A stretch of DNA of 63,882 nt, filler included, from Collodictyon triciliatum (lineage: Eukaryota), in the NCBI GenBank assembly GCA_043381765.1. It is 4 parts of 4 records of this genome, joined end to end, with 100 filler letters (N's around TTAATTAATTAA, not from the genome) between each part and the next. Parts side by side here need not be neighbours in the genome. Positions count along the whole stretch, not along the records: positions 30,893 to 46,739 come from JBHJMP010000934.1; 3 more parts are not named here. One strand, given 5' to 3'. The notes beneath the pieces are model-generated. The model was not told the origin of the DNA, ran no database searches, and was given only the letters and a program-made list of their open reading frames with translations. The position numbers were made by a program, and so were the translations under genes. Positions 30,925 to 44,594 of this stretch are shown piece after piece. The number at the start of each line of letters is the position of its first letter. Position 1 is the first letter of the stretch.

Positions 30925-31280
30925 AATTCCACATTAAAACCAAGATGGCATCTCTGCCCAAATGCGGAATTTATAATAATTAAAATTACAAATATGGAAA
31001 GAATATTCTAGAATATCATACCGCCAAATGTGGAATTTATAATGATTGGCTTCCAAATATGGATATAGAATCTTCTAGAACCTTCCTTTCCAAATCTGGA
31101 ATTCCACATTAGGAAGATATAGGGTATATAAAGATGAACTGTTGAACCCAAATTATAGATATCTATAATTTGGGTTCAACATGAGTGGAATTATCAGTGC
31201 ATTGTTTGAGTAAAGTATCTAACACATATCGCACTGATGATGATTACTGCTCTTATAGTCTAAATTCCAATAGGACTAGC
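30925..31280. repeat. Degenerate 66-bp tandem repeat, perfect 42-bp palindrome and short inverted repeats
   Basis: AATNNGGAATT at 30961, 31027 and 31093; palindrome at 31140-31181; ATCAGTGC/GCACTGAT at 31193-31238. Confidence 0.85.
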
Positions 31281-31733
31281 TATTAAATCATCTTTCTCTC
31301 AATACATCCAATACGAAATAAAAGAAAACCATAAATAAAAAGAAATCACCAAAGAACCACAGAAAAAGAGAAAGCATGAGAAGACCAGAAAATAGAAACC
31401 GAGAAAATAAAAGTAAGGAAAATTGGAAAGGAGCATTAAGATTTGGATTGAGAAACAGACTAATCAGTTTGTGGTTCGATGTCGAAGTCTTTTTTTTTGT
31501 TTTATTCGTTCTCACTCACAACCAGACACACACCTATTTTATTAGAGACCAAAACTGCCCAAGAAAGAGATAAAATAAAATATAGTCAATTATAGAAAAA
31601 CGGAAAAAATGGAAAGAGAAACAGAGAAAAGAACTCATACGAGGCACCCAACCGAGCAAGCGCACCAGCCTTCTACTTTAAAGCTTAATGTTTTTTTTTT
31701 TTTTTTGTTTCGCTTTGTTTTCCCTCTGATCAG

Positions 31734-33599
31734 ATGGCATTCGTTGCGCGGTTCTGCCTTGCCTCGATGCTACCTTCGTCATTGGCTATTGGGCTCCGAT
31801 CTGGTGCGGCACGAGTCTCCGGCTTTGCAGTCTTTTCGGCCTTGAAAACTTCCGCGGTTGTTGTCTCGAAACGCACAACCTCTTCCGCCCCTGAATCAAA
31901 TGGTCTTTTGCAAAACTCCGCAACTGACTTCTCCAGTCGCGTATTTGAAAAGATGAACAAGTCTCCGATCCTCGACAAGACGGCTTACAAAGAGAAGCTT
32001 CTTTCCCAGGTGAGCTTCAATACATTCAACAATTATCTGTAACTATAACTATAACTATAACTATGAATATGACTATAACTATTATGATTACGATGATTAT
32101 TTTTGCATTTACCTTCATCATAATCAAGTGTGATAGTTTAAAAGTAGTGGTTACGTGCAAATCAATTCTTGTGTATGAAATTCCCCAATTGCTTTCCTAT
32201 TTTAATTTTTTTTTTTTGTCTTTATGTCCTTTCTCAAGAGTCTGGCATTCTTCTGATATTTGAATCGTAATTCAATTACTGAATAAAGTAATTACCAAAA
32301 GGTAAGCATATTCCAAAACCTTGGCTGCACTCCTGAGCAGATTGCCCGAATGTATAAGTTTAGTCCAAATTTGATATACTGTTCCGATGATTTGCTTGCA
32401 AAGAAATTACAATTCCTTCGTGGATTGGGGTTGACAAAAAGATTAGGGTATATTAGATTTTATTCGCATACATATTACATCTACTGCCATTTGCCACTAT
32501 ACCTTACTAGCGCCAAAAGTATCATATATATGTGTATCAAGTCAAAGCACCATTATTTAAAAAAACAAGTTGAATCGTCGACACACTCTTAACATGTTTA
32601 AATATATCTAGTGATGAGTAGTTGATGGGGTTTTATGTTGTACTTTTATTTTTAAATACACTTATCAGAATATTCGTGCATTGGCTTAGCTATGTTATAT
32701 GCTCCCAACCATCAATCCTGAGCCTATCTGTGGACAACCTTCAATCTCGGGTTGATTATCTGCAAAGTCTGGGGATGTCAAAGAAAAGTATTTCGGTAGC
32801 TATCGGGAATGCTCCCGCTTTGATTTGCTACTCACTCCAATTCAAGATTCCGATGCTTCTTAACTTCTTCAAATCACTCGGAATCGAGCGCGATGGGGTC
32901 ATTAGTATGATTTCTCACTCTCCCTCGGTCGTTGGGTTGTCTCTGGTAAGCCGAATTAAAATTCTTTTATTTCATGTAATAATCTCTACCCCAAATACGC
33001 ACCATTATGATACTTATCGAATAGCCATGTCCTTCTTCATTGTCGTTATTTTTGTCATTCTGTAATTCTCTTTTGGTTAGTTAGTGTCTCCAAGTGTAAA
33101 TTATTTGAACAATATCGCTCTTTTTTATAAAACCATTCATTACATTTTAATCCCTCTTCTTTCCTCCCCATATACAATCCAATAAAATCGTCTTTGACCT
33201 CTTATGAAGGATACGATAGCCAAGAAGATTTCTTCTCTCGAGGACTTTGGCTTTACCAGAGAGCAGGCCATATCTATCACCAGAAAGTACCCGTTTCTCC
33301 TGAATTGCCAAATAGAAGGCGAAGGGCGGCTCCGTCAGCGCGCTCATTTCATCCTCAAGACCCTAAGCATCACCCCAGAACAAGTGGTGGCCTTTCCATC
33401 ACTCCTGGGATACTCCTATCGCAATCGCCTTCTCTTCCGTTGCGGGGTCATGCAGCGGCTCGGAATACAAATGGATGCGCGGTACTATATCAAAATGACG
33501 GAAATAAAGTTTGCTGCTTTCTTGGGGGTCACACCAACCGAGTTGCAGGAAATGTGCAGCAAGTTTGCGACTGAAGGGACGCTAGACCTCCCAAAGTAA
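31734..33599 (+). CDS. mTERF family protein (organellar)
   Basis: Four exons and a presequence-like N-terminus. mTERF repeats: KLQFLRGLGL, SQPSILSLSVDNLQSRVDYLQSLGMS, HSPSVVGLSL, FPSLLGYSYRNRL. Confidence 0.9.
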
Positions 33600-34537
33600 G
33601 TTTACATGTCTATCAGAAACTGTTCGTTTTTTTTTTTTTAACTGCTGTTTGTTTCTTTCAGTTCATTTTTTCTTTGTTTTTTGTATTCCAACATTTCTAT
33701 TATTAAACATTATATATGCCATTTCCTTACACATATTGGTTCTCGCGTCTGTGGTGATTGCTGAATGAGAATGTATTTCTTTTTCATAACAATTTTTTTC
33801 CTTCAATTTTATCATTCGGCTCAAAGTAATACTCAATAGGTCGCTGGAAGACCGATTAATAGGCTCAAAAAAGACTGAAGGCGCCTAAATGCATGTAGTT
33901 GTGTCAGGTCCAGCGTTCATCCTCACACCATTATGAAAATAAAATAAAATAAAATAATCAAAATTCAAACAAAAGCAACATATTTTGAACCAGAGATGCA
34001 ATAATTTTTGTATCAAGTTAGCTCGACGGGAATGTTCAGTTTGTCAATTTTTTCTTTGATTTCTTATGTAAGAGGAAAAGCCACAGATAATTGCTCTTCA
34101 TATTGGAGGTCGAGCCATTCCGGTAAGTGCCAAATATCAGTATGCAAAGAAACAATACACCTATTAATATACCGATGGGTCGACTATGAAGCTGCGCTTC
34201 TGTCTTTTGGATATGGCTCGACATTTGATTTTTCTTTTCCTTTCGGTTGCTGTCAGCTTGGTTTGTGATTATTGATTATGCAGACGTTGTGGTCCCTGTT
34301 CAGAAGATAAAAATCTTTCCAGTTTTCCCCTCATTCTTTTCGTCTTCTTGTCTTCAACGCCTTCCTTTAGTGTGTGTCATAGACACCAAAAGTCGCTGGT
34401 GTTCCAAAGTGCACATATTTTCTTCTTTTAAATAAAGAAATAGGGTTGAGTTTATTTTGCCCAGAAAAAATCAAATAAACGCTGATTTCTCTTGGTCTCT
34501 GTGCCATTTTGTCTCGCTCTAATCTCGGGGGTGCCTC

Positions 34538-37557
<3,020 letters not shown>

Positions 37558-37929
37558 ATGTTTGGCCGGAAGATCCCTGCAGCGATCAACACAGTCAGCA
37601 AGAAACGACGAAGGAAAGAGTGCAACATACTCTGGCGGAGGATGTGAAGATTCTGTCTAGAAAATGGGACAAAAGACAAAAGACAAAAGAAAAGAAAGAA
37701 AGAGAGAGAAGAAAGAAAGGGAGAAGAAAGGGAGAGAAAGAAAGAAAACAAAAAAGACAAAAGACAAAAGAAAAGAAAGAAAGAGAGAGAAGAAAGGGAG
37801 AAGAAAGAAAGGGAGAAGAAAGAAAGGGAGAAGAAAGGGAGAGAAAGAAAGAAAGAAAAAAAAAAGACCCCGTCCCCATTCATCCTCAGCCAAAGGCCCA
37901 GAGGAAGACAGCGCCCAGCCACCAGCCGC

Positions 37930-40438
37930 ATGAGCAGGACAGACGGAGGAGCCAGAAGCGGGGCGGACCAGGAGGCGCCGGGAGACGCCATGGCGGGGCG
38001 TGTGGCGGAGGGCGAGCGCCTGCTGGAGCTGCTGGAGACGCGTTGCAGCGGGAGCGGGCGGGTGGGCGATGCGCTTCTGGCGGTGCTGCGCAAGCAGGAC
38101 AGCGCGCGCGTGAAGGAGGAGCTGCTCGCCCACACGCTGCTCGACTGCGCCAATCGCGAGACCGAAGGCATCCGCAGAGCGCTCCACGCCGTCTCGGCGG
38201 CACTGCTGCACGCCAGCATCGAGCGCGACCGGCTCTGCCGCAGACTCGACCTGCAGGTCCTGCTGTCCCTTCGCCAGCGGCCGCAGGGCATCCGCAGCCA
38301 CGCCGCCCGCCTGGCCCGCTCCCGGAGTGATGCCAAGGCCTGGGAGAAGACGCTGAGGAAGCACGCAAAGAAGAAGGATCCTGCCCGTGCGGTGCGTGCC
38401 CCGTGTATCTCTTTCTCCTCGTTTTTTCTTTCTCTCTTGCTCTCTTTGTTGCTTGTTCTTGTTCTTTGGTACTATGTCTGTGTTGGGGGAAAAGTGCGTG
38501 GTTGTGTTAACAAACCAGTCAATACCAATCAAAATGTGATGCATGTGATGTATGTGATGTATGTGATGCATGTGACGCATGTGATGCATGTGACGCATGT
38601 GATGTATGTGATGTATGTGGTGTATGTGATGCATGTGACGTATGTGATGTATGTGGTGTATGTGGTGTATGTGATGCATGTGATGTATGTGATGCATGTG
38701 ATGTATGTGATGTATGTGGTGTATGTGACGCATGTGACGCATGTGATGTATGTGACGTATGTGATGTATGTGATGTATGTGGTGTATGTGATGCATGTGA
38801 CGCATGTGACGCATGTGATGTATGTGGTGTAATGTACGTGATGTAGAGTATTCATCTACATATGTCCATTTCTATTCATGTTTCGTTTCTGTAAAATATT
38901 CGTTTATTATCGATAAAGGGCAGGTGCGTTCTGCTTGTAAGATGCCGATGATGCCACCCTTTAAGTATGCGAGTGTTCTAACAAATTTTCTCTGCATCTC
39001 TTTTCTGCCCGGTATTAGGTCCAAGATCAACAAAAATGCAAGGAATTTGAAGCGCAATATGTGCAAGAAATGGAAGGTGTAAAGAGAGATAACGTCAAGT
39101 TTGTTACGGTATGTAGTCTCTGCTTCTGATATTGACATAATCTCGAATTACTTGATATTTGGATATGTATGTTAGGCTGCACTCTTTGCAAGAGTAACAA
39201 AACGTCCGCCCATTTTTATAATTTTTTTTTAATATCAACCTGTGTTTCATTTTTTCCTTTTGTGATTCCTAATTGTCTGATTAAGATGTGTCGCGTTTAT
39301 TACTCTCGTTCTTATCGTATTTCCATCATCATTTTCTTTATCTTTCGATTACATCTAGTCATCCATATCCAATGCATATTCCCCTATCTTTGATTCTCAC
39401 AGGATACTTTCTCGGACTTCGTCCACGCACAACTCTATTACCACGCAAAATGTCTCGAAGAATACACGCTCGCTCTGAAATCATTTGAAAACATTACCGA
39501 TGAACTCGATGTGAAGGTTTATATTTCTCTTCATAAAACCTGTCCATACATTCGTCAGGAAATACTATACCTAAAATTACTCACGTACAACACAACAAAA
39601 TAAAATAAATACAATAAAATAAATACAATAAAATAAATACAATAAAATAAATACAATAAAATAAAATAAATACAATACAATACAATACAATAAATACAAT
39701 ACAATAAATACAATACAATAAATACAATACAATAAATACAATACAATAAATACAACAAATACAATACAATAAATACAATAAATACAATAAATACAATACA
39801 ATACAATACAATACAATACAATACAATACAATACAATACAATACAATACAATACAATACAATACAATACAATACAATACAATACAAATGTAAAAAGCCAA
39901 TCCGAGTCATTCGACTGGAGAGAAAGAAGAAAACAGCGTTCCAGCTCCTAATACCCATGCCCCATGGCGAATGCCCCACAGGTTGATTTCGACCCGGCAA
40001 AGCCGCGAGCGCCGCTTGTTCTTGTGCCGAGAACCGACGAGCAGCCAGGCACACAAAGCGGAGTGGCAAAGGACACAACATCATCTGCGTCGGGCGCTGC
40101 ACAGTCCCCACAGATCACAAAACCTGAAGCTGCCGCAAACTCGGTCGGGATAGAAAGTACCCTGACCAGAAAGCCGAGTGATAAGACACTGCCGCCCGAC
40201 GCGAAGGCCAGTTCGACAGCAATCCAGAGTGTCCCAGCGCCCGCCAAGACATCCGCAACAAACGGTCCTGCTCCAATGGGGCCGATATCCAGCCTAGCGT
40301 CGATGCAAGTGGCAGGCGATGATGGCGATGATGACGATGATGGCGATGATGGTGATGATGATTACGATGAAGGAGAAGAGGATGGCGAGGAGGAAGGAGA
40401 AGAAGATGGCGAGGAGGGAGGAGAAGACGAAGGGGAAT

Positions 40439-40490
<52 letters not shown>

Positions 40491-40557
40491 GCAGCCCTTA
40501 CGACAAGAAAAGCCTGCTGTATATGTGGGGAGCAGCTTTTCCCAGCCACGTTGGTAG
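37930..40557 (+). CDS. FAM92/CIBAR-like BAR-domain protein with a Pro/Ala/Thr-rich and Asp/Glu-rich tail
   Basis: Exons 37930-38391, 39019-about 39108, 39403-39516 and 39982-40557, all phase 0. CANRETEGIRRAL..RLDLQVLLSL and FSDFVHAQLYYHAKCLEEYTLALKSFENITDELD resemble FAM92 YAATETP..RLEAKVVEPL and FSEFITIEMLFHGKALEVYT..IQNIDEDEDL. Confidence 0.75.
38535..38830. repeat. 9-bp variant minisatellite (GTGATGTAT/GTGATGCAT/GTGACGCAT/GTGGTGTAT), intronic
   Basis: About 33 units seen directly. Confidence 0.95.
39597..39887. repeat. (AATAC)n compound microsatellite, intronic
   Basis: Seen directly. Confidence 0.95.
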
Positions 40558-41139
40558 AATGCAAATGACCTACTGGCACCTGCGGTCTTTGACAGCGCTT
40601 CAGCCTTGTGGCTGCTTTCTTTCGTTGTGGGCTGGCAGGCAACAAGCAGGCTTAGGATGAAATTATAAGAAAGAAATACGGGGACGGAATCTTACAAATG
40701 TTAGGAATTAGAACACAATGGAATAAATGTCTCATTTATAATTTTTCTTCTTTTTTCCTCTTCTTTCCTTTTTATCCCAGTGCTTCCTCTAAACTCAGGA
40801 TTTGATGAGCCGTGGCTCCATCTATTATCCACTCAAATTGCATTCAAAAAAGGATGGTTTGAATACTTGTATTTATTATTTTGGCCGTTGAGAGGAAATA
40901 TTTCTTTCATAAAAAAAAAAAAAAAAAGAAAGGGGTGGTAATCAGCGATGATAAATATTTAATGAACTTCATAATAAGAAAAGAAAAACGAAAAAAGAAA
41001 AACGGAATAAGGAAAAAGGAAAAAGGAAAAAAAGTAATAAAGAAAAGGAAAGAATCAGGATGCAATTATGTTGCGGGGTAGGAAGCGAGAGACCTATAGG
41101 TTTTGTAGAAAAAGAAAAGGATTACACGAACATACATCG

Positions 41140-43122
41140 TTACAAATCGGGGGTAATGCCTATGAGAGAGGCTAGATTGTGGAGATGGCTGATGGCCTTT
41201 TGGGTGACAGGATGAGTGATTCCAAGCTCCTGGATGTAAGTTGTCACGGATCGATAGACAATTGGATAGGCTTCACGAAGCAACTCCATCTGCAACGCCC
41301 TTGGTATCTTCGAAAAACAACATAAAAAAAAACAAATAAATTCATTAGTTATTTCTAAAAAAAAATTAAATGGAAGGGGTAACATCACTTTTTCTTTTTA
41401 ATGGAATCTCTTTCACCTGAGCGAATCGCTCCTTTTGCTGCTCAAACAAAAGTTTGTGTTCCTTGTCCTAAAATATTTGATGGTAATAAGTATCAAACAA
41501 AAAAAAAGACAGAAAAAGAAAATACAGAAAATTAAAAAGAAATCGATTTGTGTTGTATTTATGCCAAAATTGTGCCTGTATTGCGTAGTTCTGGGACTCC
41601 AATTCCTTGGCGTGCATTCGTTGCAGATTTTTCCTGAGCTGAGCAACATTTTTTGTCTTCCGATATGAGTTGATGATGTTTGTATGTTTGGAACTGCTTG
41701 GAGCCTCAGAGTCGCTTGATTCTAGAGGTACAATCATAAAAATTATACACGTAGACGGTACACATAATAGGAGTATGGTCGCTACGAAACCAATTATAAC
41801 AATAATAACAATAATAATAACAATAATAATATCAATAATAATAACAATAATAATAACAATAATAATAACAATAATAATAACAATAATAATAACAATAATA
41901 ATAATAAAAAAGTGACGATAGTAATAACAATAATAATAATAAAAATAATAAAAAAGTGACGATAGTAACCATGTATTATTTAGATGAAAACACAACAATA
42001 TATATCTCTATAACTACAACTCTAAATGGGCAGTATATTTGTGGCATCCATACAACCAATCAGGTAAGGCATGCTGGCAAGTAAGCAATCGTTACCCCGG
42101 TCCTTGTGCAATCCGATCAAATCTCCAGCCACATTGGACGAGTTTACAGAGTACGGAGCAGGCCGCATCTCAGATCCACTTTGCTGTGTGTTGATAGGTT
42201 GTTCACTGCCTTCTCCATCAAACACGGGCAAGGACGCATAGCGCGAGGCTTTCATTCGGCGTGCATCCAATATCCGAGCCGATTTCGGAGTGGGGGTCTG
42301 AGATAAAGAATCGTCAATTGTTTTTGTCTGTAAAGAATTCCGCGGGTTCTGAACAGGCAATTGCAGCACAATCGTTTGCCCCTCTTTTGTCAGCATGTCA
42401 GTGTCTGGGTCAGGACGCTGGAATCGGTTCATTGGGTCATCTTCTGCAGACTTCTGTGAGGCTTTCAATGGAACTGGTATCGATACGACGGTATCTGCTC
42501 TGTCTAGATTGTCGTTCGATGGTCTTGAATGGCCCTCCACCTGCCAAGGCGTATAGTCTGAAGATAGATAGTCTGTCTCGTTCTGGGCATGGGAGTCAGA
42601 GTTTCCTTGGCCAAACATCGATCTAGCGAACGATGGTTTTGGATCCATGAGAGATACAGAGAGAGGAGGGAGATGTCGGATAGGGTTTCCGCGTTCATGC
42701 AGTGAATGAGATGACAGCGACCGGATTAGGTGATAATCGTCGCTGCTTGACGAGGCATGTGATTCTTGCTCTGTTTGAAGAGGCATCTTTCGAGAATCGA
42801 TGGGATTTTGCCCGTCTGTCATGTGGGCCATGGAGATGTTTGGATGAGAGCTTGATGCAAGGTGAATGGGTTTCAGTTTGATATGGGAATGATGCGGATG
42901 ATGCTTTCCAAGACCATTTTGCGTGTTGCTATTAGAACGATGAGAGTGTGGTGTATGCGGAGATTCATCAGGTTGAGGCTCAGGCGAAGCACTGCGGCGC
43001 GCGTTGATGTTGTTACGAGGCGTGATATGCGGCCGTGCAGTGGATGATTCGCTAGACTCTTTGCTCTTGGCTTTTGAAGTTGGAGAGTTTATGTCCTCCA
43101 TGGCATTCAGTGGCGGCAATCT
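41140..43122 (-). CDS. Hypothetical protein: long Ser/Pro/His-rich disordered region and a short helical C-terminal domain
   Basis: A 1-kb open exon (43122 to about 42096) splices in frame to ESSDSEAP..LQRMHAKELESQNYAIQ, DKEHKLLFEQQKERFAQ and IPRALQMELL..LGITHPVTQKAISHL..DL*. The start is uncertain (candidate ATG at 43101). Confidence 0.7.
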
Positions 43123-44594
43123 GTGAGAGGAGGTAATTAGCGGTCAAATGCAAGTGGATAGTTTGTTTCATTCTGATTCAGTTCTTGGCATTCTCCAGTC
43201 AAACAAAAATGATTAAAATAAAAACAACAGGTAGATGAGAAAACTTTGAGAAAGGGAATATATATATATATTATTAATCCAGAGTTTATAACATGATATG
43301 CGAGACCAGGTGGAGAGTCAATATTCACATTACTGTATGTTTAGATTCCACGCAAAATTGCTGAACTTCTAATGTATAATGTCGCCAGAGGGAAAAACAA
43401 ATCTGGGTACTAGTTGAACCAGGGTTTGCTGTGTTTGTGCTTGAATACGTGCTCTCTCCAAAGTGAGTATGCTTCTTCTATATAAACATAATTAGGATAT
43501 AATCAATCACACTTGCCTACGAAATAAAGTTCTTTTTCATAATTATGTTGAAGAACTATATCCCGAAACCATTTTGTTTGACTGTTGTGCCTCAGGAAGC
43601 AAGCACAAAAAAAGTTTCTGATATTGATTAAAGAGTTTTTGGTAGTTGGCATCGCCACCGTACTATGACTTAATTTACTGGATAAAAAACCTTTCACGCC
43701 CGTCCAACGAGGCGAGACTGAAACTTCCACAAGAGGCGGAGCGAAACCCAGAAACTAAGATGCAGTAGCCAATCAAGCTTGGGATTCAAGGCTCGAAAAT
43801 TAGAAAACAAAAACAAAAGAAAAAAGAAAAGAAAAAAGAAAACAAAAGAAAAAAGAAAACAAAAACAAAAGGAAACGAAAAAGAAAAAGAAAAAGAAAAA
43901 GAAAAAGAAAAAGAAAAAGAAAAAGAGTCCCAAAGTAAACAATTGAACGAAAAGAAAAAGAGACTTAGCCTCGACTGTGTTGTGGGAAAGAAAAGTTTGG
44001 AATCAAACACACCAACAACATGTGGGTAGATAAAAAGCCAAACGGCACAAAGGGAGAACAAGAACAAGAACAAGAACAAGAACAAGAACAAGAACAAGAT
44101 ATTCCAAAAGGACACCGAGAAAATAAGAAGCAAACAAATGATTTCCAGTGCTGCAGTGGCCAAGAAGCTACACACAGAGTCCACCCTCTCAGGACTCAGA
44201 GTCATTGGTCAGCCGATCACTCCCCCGGGCTTTGCAAAGCGATTTGCGCCGATGATGTGTTGCTCTAGGGACACAGCAAACGACAGAGAAAAATCGTAAC
44301 CGAAATCCATTTCTTTGCAAAAATAATTTCCACATTTGAACAGGCATTTATTTTTTTTTCTTTGCATCAGACGGTTCGAATCCACTTCGCCCTTTTTATT
44401 TATTTGGGCTTTGTCATCGCCCAAAAAGCCGGTAAACACTCCATTCATTTTATTTGTCTTTCACCCTCGACTAGCTTCACACAATGGAAACAGGATGGGA
44501 TTGAGGATAAAATAGACAGAATAAAAGTGGATGGGTATAAAAGGTGGATCAGATTGACGGAGACAAAGAGAGCCATGAGGGAAGCAGAAGTGTG

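Noticed and set aside
30955-31120. 66-bp repeat as a 22-aa FNIP/LRR coding repeat or a CRISPR array
   Set aside because: The plus-strand frames I translated have stops in each unit, the repeats are degenerate with no unique spacers, and the context is eukaryotic with no cas genes.
44372-44392. GGTTCGAATCC tRNA T-loop / B-box motif
   Set aside because: No paired T-stem, D-arm or acceptor stem; the motif is isolated.
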